Shown here piece by piece: positions 18,701 to 29,700 of a stretch of 64,000 nt of DNA. How positions within the stretch are numbered: position 1 is the first letter of the stretch; every line of letters begins with the position of its first letter. Source of the DNA: Candidatus Latescibacterota bacterium (lineage in GTDB: Bacteria > Krumholzibacteriota > Krumholzibacteriia > WVZY01); contig CP070677.1 of NCBI GenBank assembly GCA_020352495.1, positions 1,975,418-2,039,417 of the forward strand. The letters run 5' to 3'. The notes below the pieces were generated by a model. The model did not search any database, was not told the origin of the DNA, and saw only the letters and a list, made by a program, of their open reading frames with translations. The translations under genes and the position numbers were made by a program.

Positions 18701-19560
18701 CGGAAGACTTTGAGAACGCGATGGAGACTCTCCGCGACGAGGTTCAGCGGACGGCGGACGAGATGAAGCTATTAGCGACGCCGGAAGACGAGCGTCGGAT
18801 TGCCGAGGTTACGCTCGAGCTCGAAGAAATGCGGGAGGAGCTTCTTCGCAACGCTCAAGCAATGCTCGCTCATGCGGAGGCCGCGGGAACGGATAAAGAG
18901 CGCCTCGAGGAGCTCAAGGCGCAAGTTCAGGCGTTGATCGCGGCTTTCGACGCTCAAGCGGCCGAGCTCGTCGTAAGCGTCAAGCTTTCCGAGGATACGA
19001 AGAAGGCGGAGAAAGAATCGAAGGCGGCGGCGGAGGCCGTTGGACAAGTCTTCGAGAACGCGATCGGGGGGGCGCTTACGAACGCGCTCCGGAAGGGCGA
19101 AAGCGTCGGGAAGCAATGGTCGGAAGTCTTGGCGAATTTCTTCGCCGACGCGATGGAAAACGCCATCAAGCAGCTTGGCAAGTTCATAACGTCGCAACTT
19201 TCAGGAGTTTTCAAAAGTCTCGGAATCGGCGAGGGAGTCGGCGGTATGCTTACCGGCGTCCTCGGGGTTGCGGGGTTGATTTACAATAGCATCCGGAGCC
19301 GGGGGACGACGACCGTCGAGGATTTCTCGAGCGCGGTGAACTCCTCCGAGGCGGTGAGGGGCGTTGTCGCGGGTCCTTCTAACGTCGCGATTTCTAAGGT
19401 CGGCGATTCGCTCAAGCAAGCGCTCAGGACGTCTGAGATCCTCCTCGAGCGCATAGCGATCGCCGTTGAGACAGGGGGAGGGGTCGGGGCCGGTCCCTCC
19501 GGAGGAGGCGATTTGAGCGGGAATGCGGCTCCGCTCCTTTCGACGAGCACGGCGATTTAA
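15787..19560 (+). CDS. Tail tape measure protein
   Basis: The ORF is 1257 aa. It has an N-terminal hydrophobic block, then a long predicted coiled coil that is Ala/Glu/Leu/Lys-rich, and ends in a Gly-rich tail. The position matches. Confidence 0.8.
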   Translation: MAGTFEVGSILARLKLDDSAWVRGIGEAIDDAKVAGRKIKEFLKKGEKLVLDNRGFKTSLGAARTLVNVFVKGAKAAFATVGPALKKSVQVPLAAIRATLKALTFGARSAGRALKAAFRGVGNVLRRLRRFAMSFQGALAGIGLAFSGFSLIQRARDVEVLERAFQNLAASVGGVADSFLGKLRNAVRGTVSDLDLMRTTNNAVLLGVVKSEDEFSELAAIARRLGQAVGRDTVDAINDLSIGIGRQSRLILDNLGLIVKISEATETYATQLGKNVNNLTDAERRQAFFNAAMEAGRKKVKELGPDVRSITDSWGYFTAQISNTINTFARAFVGGGIFESIATFLDRNSKKISAFANFVSRVFSSVIKELTGIFAGLTKATGIEEFLAEATRLVVDGITFMLDNAAKLLLIGIRTIFSNFSVVALKLVLAVLAQIGVSIIGKIREIINSAVKFVLDQLIIVGSKIPLLNKILGIDDPKKVRTALEANRQVAEEEMKRIAAFIKSQNEEIEAIVSDTIVEVGVELKAVAEDLAEVWSKPTMTSSQNKFVKAVEGSLERIGEAFKRMKLDIADPFADFTTLRVQRELIKVGNAFTKIVQLRQKVIAIAPELISEDDLAESGARLKKFEGLIGSLSEAFTKLKSAPDEVQDELKDSFLEIFAKVQEALQENSREVERFAATVTGRMEDIGDIEKPEKSIVGIGDAILHAAEQITGANPKIAELTKRLEEVREVSRSLPKVGDLINEALRPTFFPLEEFNKLISPFVVGGERFKAIRLEVETAGLTEAEKELVKFDDIFRSILDQLSPEARKKLEETRAALAKMLDQREGAKRMEEAEKALKQFDQQLEQVQDNVNQERLGDLAVQLDVLGRSLREALISVPVERADEVRNKFRQMAGALGEAELVRFTSRLLDLEQGLEDVGKTDLEVKLQGLAREFDTFRIAIERASGLELPEASRLLKEFGRNVVDFQALLVTEDFENAMETLRDEVQRTADEMKLLATPEDERRIAEVTLELEEMREELLRNAQAMLAHAEAAGTDKERLEELKAQVQALIAAFDAQAAELVVSVKLSEDTKKAEKESKAAAEAVGQVFENAIGGALTNALRKGESVGKQWSEVLANFFADAMENAIKQLGKFITSQLSGVFKSLGIGEGVGGMLTGVLGVAGLIYNSIRSRGTTTVEDFSSAVNSSEAVRGVVAGPSNVAISKVGDSLKQALRTSEILLERIAIAVETGGGVGAGPSGGGDLSGNAAPLLSTSTAI

Positions 19561-19574
19561 GCGCGAGGTGAATC

Positions 19575-20456
19575 ATGGGCGAAGTTCCCAATTACATCGG
19601 GGAGTTCAAAAAAGGCGACGCTCTGGCCTATCCGGTCGATTACTACAATTCTTCATGGGAGCCGACGCATTTCGACGTAATCAAGAATTCGACACGGCAA
19701 TACTTGCTTCGAGATGTGGCGATGTACGCCGGTGCGAATCCTTCTCCCGATAACGTCAAATGGATAATTCTAACCTTGTCGGAGACGTTCTTCGAAGATG
19801 GGTTGACTTATACCATCGTTGTCAAAGATCAGGTTGGGCAATTCCCGACGGACACAACCAACTATTTCTTTATAACCTTTCGACTCAAAAATCCCGATCA
19901 TAACTTCTTTCTCGGGACGGTCGAAAAAGACAAAATCTTCTATTTCATTCTTCGTTTAGTCAAATCGGCGGCTTATTACGATGTCTTTGATCCAAAGACC
20001 GGAAATACAATCTCGACCGATACCGCCTTGACTCTTGTGTCAACGCGGATCTTTCGAGGGAGTATCGACACATCAACGTCTGATTTCGTCGAGGGGAGGA
20101 CGTACTTTCTCCGCGTCAAGGATAATACGGGGACGGCGGACTGGGATCGGGTCTACTCTTTTACGGTCATTTCGCCGTTCGAAAAGCATTTCGCGCAAAT
20201 GCTTTCCGCTACCGGCCTCAATCAATTCCTTGATAATTTCGCTTACGATCAGGCGGGCAACATCACAAGCCTTCGCCAGCGGATCTTCACGAGCGCCTCG
20301 GACGTTCAGAACGCAACCGCCGGCGTTACCGATCCGGAGCCCGGAGAGATTCTGAGTATTATCGTTGAGCAAGAGCATGACGTCCCGAGAAACGTTAGGA
20401 CGTCTCATAAGTCTTACGTCGAATTCGAATCGAATTCATTTCCTGCGGACCCGTAA
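19575..20456 (+). CDS. Hypothetical tail protein (distal-tail position)
   Basis: The ORF is 293 aa, directly after the tape measure protein. Confidence 0.45.
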   Translation: MGEVPNYIGEFKKGDALAYPVDYYNSSWEPTHFDVIKNSTRQYLLRDVAMYAGANPSPDNVKWIILTLSETFFEDGLTYTIVVKDQVGQFPTDTTNYFFITFRLKNPDHNFFLGTVEKDKIFYFILRLVKSAAYYDVFDPKTGNTISTDTALTLVSTRIFRGSIDTSTSDFVEGRTYFLRVKDNTGTADWDRVYSFTVISPFEKHFAQMLSATGLNQFLDNFAYDQAGNITSLRQRIFTSASDVQNATAGVTDPEPGEILSIIVEQEHDVPRNVRTSHKSYVEFESNSFPADP

Positions 20457-20465
20457 GGAGCGTCT

Positions 20466-20789
20466 ATGTTGGTTTTACTCGCCGCCGCCGCCGATCATGC
20501 TCATGAGGTAACCCTCGCGGTCGGAGACCTCATTAAGCTTGCAGGGGTCCTCGTTGTGATTGCCGGCGCGGTCGTCGAAGCGAGGGTTAGAATCGTGCTT
20601 TTAACAAGCCGAGTCAAAAAAGTCGAGGAAGATCATATCGAATGTAACCGAGAACAGACCGCTCATTATCAGGAGATCAAGGAGATCCTTGCCGAGATCA
20701 AAACCGAGGTCGCCGTGGCTCAACGCGATCTTGAATACTTAGCCGAAAAGGCCGGCAAGCCGAAAGAAACCAAAACGAAGAAAAGCTAA
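20466..20789 (+). CDS. Small membrane/coiled-coil protein
   Basis: An N-terminal hydrophobic helix 'LVLLAAAADHAHEV...VVIAGAVV' is followed by a charged helix. Confidence 0.4.
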   Translation: MLVLLAAAADHAHEVTLAVGDLIKLAGVLVVIAGAVVEARVRIVLLTSRVKKVEEDHIECNREQTAHYQEIKEILAEIKTEVAVAQRDLEYLAEKAGKPKETKTKKS

Positions 20790-21715
20790 TGGGCATCTAT
20801 CGTTTACTATCTCGAGCTTACGCTCACAACAAACAATGCCTCTTTCAGGACGGGGGGCAATGTTACGACCCGTTCGGTAAGTTTACGCCGGGAGCGTATA
20901 CCGGAGTCGGTATCTTCTCAGGTCTTTGGAAGTTCGCTCCTTCCGTTTACGCGGGCGGGCGGATGTGCCTCGGCGTTATTCAGGCCGAGATTCCAATGGA
21001 GCGGCCGGCGGCGAACGATACGATTTACGTCACGGGAACGACTAACTTTGATGGCGAGCATACCGTTTACGGACTTCATAACGACGACCCGACGCGGGTC
21101 CTTTTCATCGACAACAAAAACGATGCGAATGCCGGATCGGACGCGATTATCGAGAACGCCGGATGGATGTACTTCGCTCCGACGTCGCGGGGGGATATCA
21201 TGGTCGAAGCCTTGAGAGTTATAAGCCATCCCGGCTTCCCTCAAAAAGAGGGGGAGGGGATTTATACGTATCCGGTCAATCCGGATATAACGCGAAATTT
21301 CATGTACCATCCCGTTTCAAAACTCGACGGCGTTGTCCAAAGAACGCTTTCCTCGAATGTTTTCATCATGTCTCCCCAGGTTGATGAGGATATTATCATT
21401 ACCGAAATTTGGTTAGGCGGCCAGGGGCAAATCTCGGCGTTCGCGGAGATGGCGCGGCTTTTCCATCTCTATTGGACGACGATGCCAAGCGCTGGGGAGG
21501 TTCTCGGCTGGGAGCCTCGGGATCGAACGTCCGATCGGTTCGGCGTTCAGATCGTACGAGTTCAACTCGGAGGGCTCGAGTTTGAATATAAGGAAGTCCG
21601 CGCGCACGTCCAACAACATCAAGGCGCGATGCTCGAGAATCAGTTGACCGTCCAATGGAAGCTTGCGAAGCGAGTCATTCCGCCGAAGCCGATGATTACT
21701 CTTACAGGGCGATAG
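20789..21715 (+). CDS. Hypothetical tail/baseplate protein
   Basis: TAATG overlap. The ORF is 308 aa. Confidence 0.5.
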   Translation: MGIYRLLSRAYAHNKQCLFQDGGQCYDPFGKFTPGAYTGVGIFSGLWKFAPSVYAGGRMCLGVIQAEIPMERPAANDTIYVTGTTNFDGEHTVYGLHNDDPTRVLFIDNKNDANAGSDAIIENAGWMYFAPTSRGDIMVEALRVISHPGFPQKEGEGIYTYPVNPDITRNFMYHPVSKLDGVVQRTLSSNVFIMSPQVDEDIIITEIWLGGQGQISAFAEMARLFHLYWTTMPSAGEVLGWEPRDRTSDRFGVQIVRVQLGGLEFEYKEVRAHVQQHQGAMLENQLTVQWKLAKRVIPPKPMITLTGR

Positions 21716-21716
21716 G

Positions 21717-23387
21717 ATGGTTGAGAAGAGTTTACAGCAAGGCAACCCGACGCTCGACAAGATGTCCGCGCGACTGCATCTCGCGGGAGCCGGGGAGCTT
21801 GGACCGATCCTCAAGGGCCTCGGCGGAACGATTACCCTTACGCTCGGTCCGGACGAGGATCTCGTCTATGTCCGCATCCATTCCGATGTCGGGAGCTTCA
21901 ATAATCTTCTCTCGGGGACTTTTACTTCCCTCGACGGCGGTCGTCGGGAATGGTCGACTGATATTGTCTACGGTACCGATACCGCCTTCGGTCTTACCGG
22001 CGGGCGCGCGGCGCGGAATTATCTCGAATGGCAAATTCGAAAGCTCGAAGTTCCGAATGTCGTCTCGGAGCCCGACGATCTCGATACGCCGCTCGATCGA
22101 GCGTTCTTTGATTCTACGCGCTCATATTCTTTGGAAGTCGTCACAGCGCTTAACGACGGAGAATTCGAGGGACCCGTTGGGGCAGCCTTTCGTGATTCCA
22201 CGAAAGAATTATACGTCCTCGCCGAGTCCGGTCATATCAAAGTAGTCAACCGGGCTGGGATCGCAACCCGTGCGAGTAACATTTCCCTCCCTTCTTCTCC
22301 CTTTCGGGTCCCTGTTGATATCGAATACCTCGGATCGGATCGCTTTGCAATATTGAATGCGGGGGATACCGACTATCCCCCATCGATCGTTCTTTTTCAC
22401 ATTCGAGAAGACGAGGAAGAACTTCTCGACGATTTCAAAACGTACTTACTCTCGGATGTTCTCGAGACCGGCGGCTCCGTTCGTGGTCTTTGTTACGATC
22501 CCTGGCGCGAGAAGTTCTATGTCGGAACGGAATCAACCGCTACCGGGGAGGGCGGCCTTTACGAGGTGGATCTAACTCGAGACAATACGGACGGAGCTAT
22601 TACCGCGGATCTTCTTTTTGATTGGGCAGATGTAATCGTTTCAACGGATGGTGTGGGAGCCGGAGCCCTCCTCGGCGGCCTCTACTATTCGCGAGGACTT
22701 GCCGCCGGCGCGGCAAACGACTCGATCTTCGGTCTTTTTCATGCGCCGGCCGGCGGCGGTCCCGCCGATCAACGGGTCATCGTTCAGTTCGACATCCAAT
22801 CCGGAGCGCCGATCTCCGAATTCTTTTACAACATGGAAGGAGATTTCCGTGGCGCGGTTTGGAGCGAGTATAACGAAGACCTTTTTTTCTTCGCGACAAC
22901 GCCGGGCATCAATTTTTGGCGGTACTCTCACACCGGGTATACCGATACGCAAACCTTCTCGAGGTCGTTTTACGTCAAGGATGTTCCGTACGCCGGCGGG
23001 CTCTATCTTCACAACCAAGAAGCACAGCTCGGCGAGGCTATCGTTCATATAAACAAAGACGATCCGAATCGGTTCGCGAGGGATGCGACCTTCGGGATCA
23101 ATGTTCTTCCGGTTTTTAACGATGAGTTTTTTACGCAACACGAATATCGCGGGAATCGCTTCGCGCAGACTCTAAGGAATTGGGGAGGAGCGGCGACGGT
23201 TGAATTTTGGGTCGAGGGCGTTAAGGTCATTTCGGAGATCGATATCGCCGACCTTGATGGTTACTATTGGCCGACTCCTGATTACGGATTACATAACGTC
23301 TTTGTCCGTCTTCGCGCCGATACCGGCTCTCCTTATGCTGTAGACATTCCCGGGTATATTCGATTCCGGCAATTCGATTGCCCGTAA
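21717..23387 (+). CDS. Hypothetical tail/baseplate protein with a propeller-like domain
   Basis: The ORF is 556 aa. 'YDPWREKFYVGTESTATGEGGLYEVDL' parallels 'FDPNTGKFYVINQADTQSDVGVWEVDT' in the 6361 protein. Confidence 0.5.
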   Translation: MVEKSLQQGNPTLDKMSARLHLAGAGELGPILKGLGGTITLTLGPDEDLVYVRIHSDVGSFNNLLSGTFTSLDGGRREWSTDIVYGTDTAFGLTGGRAARNYLEWQIRKLEVPNVVSEPDDLDTPLDRAFFDSTRSYSLEVVTALNDGEFEGPVGAAFRDSTKELYVLAESGHIKVVNRAGIATRASNISLPSSPFRVPVDIEYLGSDRFAILNAGDTDYPPSIVLFHIREDEEELLDDFKTYLLSDVLETGGSVRGLCYDPWREKFYVGTESTATGEGGLYEVDLTRDNTDGAITADLLFDWADVIVSTDGVGAGALLGGLYYSRGLAAGAANDSIFGLFHAPAGGGPADQRVIVQFDIQSGAPISEFFYNMEGDFRGAVWSEYNEDLFFFATTPGINFWRYSHTGYTDTQTFSRSFYVKDVPYAGGLYLHNQEAQLGEAIVHINKDDPNRFARDATFGINVLPVFNDEFFTQHEYRGNRFAQTLRNWGGAATVEFWVEGVKVISEIDIADLDGYYWPTPDYGLHNVFVRLRADTGSPYAVDIPGYIRFRQFDCP

Positions 23388-23397
23388 GGAGGAGGCA

Positions 23398-23787
23398 ATG
23401 CGGGAGAGAAGCGCGAAGCTCCATCATGGGGGGAGCGACAGAGATAATCCGATCCTCGCGGAGCAACGGCTTACGATCGTTCTCAACAAGCAGGATGCCG
23501 ATCAAGCCCTCAAGAAGGTTTGGGTCTCCGTCGCCGGCGCGGTCTTCTTCGACCTTACGTCGCTCGCCGTTGAGACCGACACGACGGTTACCGTCGACGT
23601 TATCGCGGGGACACATTTACAATCCGGCTTTCCCGCGATCGAGAATACGATCCATTTTACGACGACGCCGCACGTCCATTCGAAGCAGGCGGTATGGGTC
23701 GCGAGTCAACCCGAAGCAATGATAACCCTCGACGGATATAACGCGAACGACCCGTCGCAACCGTTGATTTATCCGATTTACGTTTAA
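23398..23787 (+). CDS. Hypothetical protein
   Basis: RBS AAGGAGGAGG. The ORF is 129 aa. Confidence 0.45.
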   Translation: MRERSAKLHHGGSDRDNPILAEQRLTIVLNKQDADQALKKVWVSVAGAVFFDLTSLAVETDTTVTVDVIAGTHLQSGFPAIENTIHFTTTPHVHSKQAVWVASQPEAMITLDGYNANDPSQPLIYPIYV

Positions 23788-26700
23788 TGGCTACGACTTT
23801 ACCCGGACCCGCTCCGACGACAACGACTCCGGTTCTTACGACGATCAATACAACGTCGCAATCAAGCTCCGCTTCGACCTCGATTACGTCTTCTCTTTCG
23901 ACCTCAGTCTCGTCTTCCGCTTCGACGTCGACAACGACGAATAATCCAGAAGTCGTCAATTCGATCGAGTCCGACCTTTGGTCTACCGATCTTCAGGCTT
24001 GGGAACTCGTCGAGCTCGGCGAGGAGACTCTGGGATGGTACACGGTCGATATCGAGGACCTTCAAACCGTCGATGTCTATGCTTTCTCGCCTCCCGGCGT
24101 TCCCGGTAAGCTCAATTGGGAGACCGGCGACTGGAAAGTTCGGCTCAAGGTTTGGAAGGTTACCATCGGAAGTACCGCCGATATTGAGGACGTACAATGT
24201 CAGGTAAGGTTGGCAAGAGTCTCGGCCGATGGGCAAACCTTGGTTCAGGGGGAATTCCTCTCCGATCCGCCGTCGAGCTATAACCTCAACATTACCGACC
24301 TCTTCATTTATCGATGGAGTAACCTTAGTTGGACGGGCGGGCTTAAGACTCAGAATGCGTCCGATCGCATTCGGATCAAATTTTCGTATACGCTTCTCGA
24401 TTTTACCGGCGGTAGTATCGGCGTTGAAATCCTTAGCGGAAGATTCAATACCGCCGGCGTTGACAAGCCGATCGAGATCAATACCGGATATACGACTTCT
24501 CTTTCGACCTCGCAAAGTTCGTCGCTCTCGACCTCGCAAAGCACGGTTGCTTCGACGAGCGGAAGTACGACGGCAAGCTCGAGCGTAAGTTCGACGCAAT
24601 CCACGACGCAATCAACGAGCGCGAGTTCTTCCTTTACGACGACGGCCTCGACTCCTTCGACGACGCAAAATCCCGAGGTTCTCGGAAATCCCGAGCCAGA
24701 TGATGTTGATTTTGGGGAAACGGATGACGCCGTTCGAACGCTTTCGGCTCTTGGGCGAGAAAAAAACGACTTTTTTCAGCTTATTGTTCCCGGCTTCGAT
24801 GCCCAGAATCTTTACGGCGTTACGCCGGCGAACTATCCCGGTTCGTACGATTGGGAAAGCGGGAATTGGAAAGTTCGCGTTCGGATCTTTTCCGCGGCCG
24901 GCGGCGGAGATCTCGACGATATAGCTCTCAAGATTTTTCTTTCTCGAGTAAGCGATTCCGGGACACAACTCCTTGGAGAATTTCAGTCTGATAGTCCGAC
25001 GCAACAGCTTGGGCTCGAGGCTCAAAAAACATACTTCTTCCGATGGTCGAACGTTATATGGAGCGAAAGCGATGCAACCGGCTCGCTGGCGCAAACCGAC
25101 CGACTTTTAATTCGTTACGAGTTTCAGAACCTCAACGCCTCGAGTCTTACTCTGTCGCTCGCCATTGGGGAGTACGAGCATTGGGGCGTTGATAAGCCGC
25201 TCGTTCATCAAACGTATACCTCGGCCTCGACTTCGCAAAGCTCGACGGCGAGCTCCTCCCTGAGTTCTTCGCTTTCGTCGACGGCGAGTTCTTCGCTATC
25301 GTCGACGGCGAGTTCCTCTCTGAGTTCTTCGCTTTCGTCGACGGCGAGCACGTCAGGCTCAACCTCCGCATCCTCGTCGACGACAACTCAAAATCCGGAA
25401 CTTCTTGTCGGCACTTTAGACGAGAGCACGGTTCTCGGCGCTACCGACGATGCGGTATACGAGATCGTCGATTATGGTCTTAAGTCGGGAACCTTTATCG
25501 TTCTCGCCGTTGAGAAATGGGAGGTCTCGAATCTTTACGGCATTACGGACGTCGGGCATCCGGGTAAGCATGATTGGGAGACGGGCGACTGGAAGGTTCG
25601 CTTTGCGATCTCCAATACTCTCGAAGGAGACGCGGCCGACCTTAGCATGAAGGTTTACCTTTCAAGGGTTTCCGAAGATGGCTCGGTCGTCAAATACGGT
25701 CCGATCCAATCCGAGGACCCTGTTCAGGTAAACTCTCTCGAGGTTCAACACACCTATATTTTTCGTTGGACGGATGTCGCTTGGGATGATACCGAAGCGG
25801 ACAATCCTTTTTCCTCGCGCGATAGGATTCTCATAACTTATGAGTTTCAGAACCTTAGCGCGGATTTGATTCGCTTTCGGTCAATCGGTCTTTGGTCGAC
25901 GACGGGCATCGATAAGCCGATCTCCGCGGTTACCTCGACGTCGCAATCGACGAGCCTTTCGACGACGGCGAGTTCTTCTCAATCCTCCTCGTTATCGTCT
26001 TCTCAGTCGAGCTCGCTTTCTTCATCGCAAAGTACGACGGCGAGTACGACGGCGAGCACGACGGCTTCGACGAGTCTTTCGAGCTCGCTATCGACCTCGG
26101 CGACGACGACAGCCTCGACGCCTTCGACGACGAATAATCCCGAGGTCGTCAATCAATACGCTTCGAACTTGCAACTCGGCGATACCGACGATGTTACTTT
26201 GGAGATCGTCGATTTCGGGGAAGAGATCTCCGGATATATCTCGGTAACGGTCGAGGGCTATTCCGACGCAAGTCTTTACTGTGTTACGAGGACGGGACAT
26301 CCGAATAAGGTCTATTGGGAGGATGGGAGTTGGAAGACCCGTTATCGGGTCGCCGACTCTTTTAACGGAAACCTCGACGATGTAGTCCTCAAGGGATACA
26401 TCGCAAGGATTACCGACGACGGGACTATCATCTCGGGGCCGCATCCAGGGGAGCCGGTTCAATATTCCGGCCTCGAAGTTTTTGATACTTACGTTTTCCG
26501 TTGGCCGAACTTCGTCTGGTCGGAGACGGATGCTTCGCAAGCGTTCTCGAAGAGCGACCGGATTCTCGTCATTTTTGAGTTTCACAATACCGGCGCGGAT
26601 TGGATTCGGATCCGTACGATTTCGAATTGGGCGCACACCGGAATTGACAAGCCGGTCATTCCGATTTCGACCTCACAAAGCACGAGCGCCTCGACTTCGC

Positions 26701-29700
26701 AATCCTCGACGCAATCGACGACGGCGAGTTCGACACAATCGACGACGGCCTCCTCGAGTCTCTCGACATCACAGAGCACGACGGCAAGCTCGAGCCTTTC
26801 TTCGACGCAATCGACGACGGCTTCAACGAGCCAATCGACGACCGCGAGCTCCTCCCTTTCCTCGTCGCTATCGTCGACGGCGAGCACCTCGGCAAGTTCT
26901 TCGCTTTCGACCTCGGCGACGACGACAGCCTCGACGCCTTCGACGACGAATAACCCCGAGGTCGTCAATCAATACGTCTCCGCCGATCTTCATTTCGGCG
27001 CTACCGATGATGTAACGCGAGAGATCGTCAATCTCGGCGGAGAGTCTCCCGGCTTTATTCCGATAATTATCGAGGGCTATTCCGACGCAAGCCTTTATTG
27101 CGTTACGAGGTCAGGGCATCCGAATAAGGTTGATTGGGAGGCGGGGAGTTGGAAGATCCGCTATCGGATCTCCGACTCTTGGAATGGGGATCTTGGCGAT
27201 GTCGTTCTCAAGGGATACATCGCGAGGGTTACCGACGACGGGACTATTATCTCGGGGCCTTGGGCGGGAGATCCTGTCCAATACGCCGGCCTCGAGACGT
27301 ACGACACCTACATCTTCCGTTGGCCGAACTTCGTCTGGTCGGAGACGGATGCTTCGCAGGCGTTCTCGAAGAGCGATCGAATTCTCGTTATCTTCGAGTT
27401 CCATAATACCGGCGCGGATTGGATCCGGATTCGTACGATCTCGAATTGGACGCACGTCGGAATCGACAAGCCGGTTATTCCGATTTCGACCTCGCAAAGC
27501 ACGAGCGCTTCGACGAGCGTTTCGACAACGGCAAGCTCCTCACTGAGCTCGAGCCTTTCTTCGACGCAATCAACGACCGCGAGTACGACGGCGAGCTCGA
27601 GCCTTTCGACTTCTCAATCAACAACGGCAAGCTCGAGCCTTTCTTCGACAGCTTCGACGAGTCAATCGACGACGCAAAGTACGACCGCGAGCACGACGGC
27701 AAGTTCTTCGCTATCGACCTCGGCAACGACGACGGCCTCGACTCCATCGACGACAAATAATCCCGAGGTCGTCAATCAATACGCTTCGAACTTACAGCTC
27801 GGCGATACCGACGATGTTACTTTGGAGATCGTCGATCTTGGGGAAGAAGTCGCTGGATATATTCAAGTAACGATTGAGGGTTATTCCGAGGCAAGCCTTT
27901 ATTGTGTTACGAGGACGGGACATCCGAATAAGGTCTATTGGGAGGATGGGAGTTGGAAGACCCGTTATCGAGTCGTCGACTCTTACAACGGTGATTTAAG
28001 CGATGTCGTTCTCAAGGGATACATCGCGAGAATTACCGACGACGGGACTATTATCTCAGGGCCTCATTCCGGTGAGCCTATCCAATACGCCGGCCTCGAG
28101 ACGTACGACACCTACATCTTCCGTTGGCCGAACTTCGTCTGGTCGGAGACGGATGCTTCGCAGGCGTTCTCGAAGAGCGATCGAATTCTCGTTATCTTCG
28201 AGTTTTCAAATACCGGCGCGGATTGGATCCGGATCCGTACGATTTCGAATTGGGCGCATACCGGAATCGATAAGCCGGTCGTTCCGATTTCGACCTCGCA
28301 AAGTACGAGCGCCTCGACGAGCGCCTCGACGACGCAATCGACGACGGCGAGTTCTTCCCTTTCTTCGACGGCGAGCACCTCGGCGAGTACGACTCAAAGC
28401 ACGACACGATCAACGAGCCAATCGACGAGCCTCTCGGTTTCTTTCTCGACGAGTCAATCAAGCTCGCTTTCAAGCTCGCAAAGCTCGACGCAATCGACGA
28501 CGGCAAGCTCGAGTCTCTCAACCTCTCAAAGCACGACGGCTTCCTCGAGCCTCTCAACGTCACAATCGACGACGGCGAGCTCGAGCCTTTCGACTTCTCA
28601 AAGTACGACCGCGAGCTCCTCCCTCTCTTCCTCGCTTTCGACCTCTCAAAGTACGACGGCAAGCTCGAGCCTCTCAACGTCACAATCGACGACGGCGAGC
28701 TCGAGCCTTTCGACCTCTCAAAGTACGACGGCGAGCTCCTCCCTCTCGAGCTCTCAAAGTACGACGGCAAGCTCGAGCCTTTCTTCGACGGCGAGCACCT
28801 CGCTGACGAGCTCGCAATCAACGACGGCGAGTTCGTCGGCTTCGACTCCCTCGACGACAATCAATCCCGAGATCCTCGTTGGCGTCTTCTCCGATCTTGC
28901 TCTCGGGGATACGGACGACAATACATATCAGATTGTCGACCTTGGAGATGAGGGCGGACATTTCGTCGTCCATTACGTCGAAGGGTACGAAGAGTCGAAC
29001 GTTTACGGTGTTACGGCGGCGGGACATCCGGGTAAGACGAATTGGGAGCGCGGGGCTTGGAAGGTCCGCTTTCAAGTTTCGAATACGCTTGAGGGAGACG
29101 TCGCCGATCTTAGTCTCCAGGTTTACATCTCGAGGGTTACCTCGACGGGCGTTCTTTGGGATGGTCCGTTCCTCGCTGATAGTCCGACAATAGTCAACGG
29201 GCTCGAAGTTCAAAAGGTTTATGTTTTCCGGTGGAACGATGTCTCGTTTTTAAGCGGAGAGACTTCCGACCGGATCATGATCCAGTATCGGTTCCAAAAT
29301 ACGAGCTCGACGCGCGTCGGCATAAGAAGTATCGGCGTCTTTCCGTCTCTTGGAATCGATAAGCCGGTCTCCGGCGTAACGTCGGCGAGTACATCGGTTT
29401 CGACGACACAATCGACAACGGCGAGCACCTCGGCGAGCTCGAGCCTCTCAACGTCGCAATCGACGACGGCGAGCTCCTCTCTTTCGACCTCTCAAAGTAC
29501 GACGGCAAGCTCGAGTCTTTCTTCGACACAATCGACGACCGCAAGCTCGAGCCTTTCAACGTCACAATCGACAACGGCTTCGACAAGCCTTTCTTCGACG
29601 CAATCAACGACGGCCTCGACGAGTCAATCGACGACGGCGAGCTCGTCGCTTTCTTCGACGCAATCGACGACGGCGAGCACCTCCCAAAGCTCGACAATGA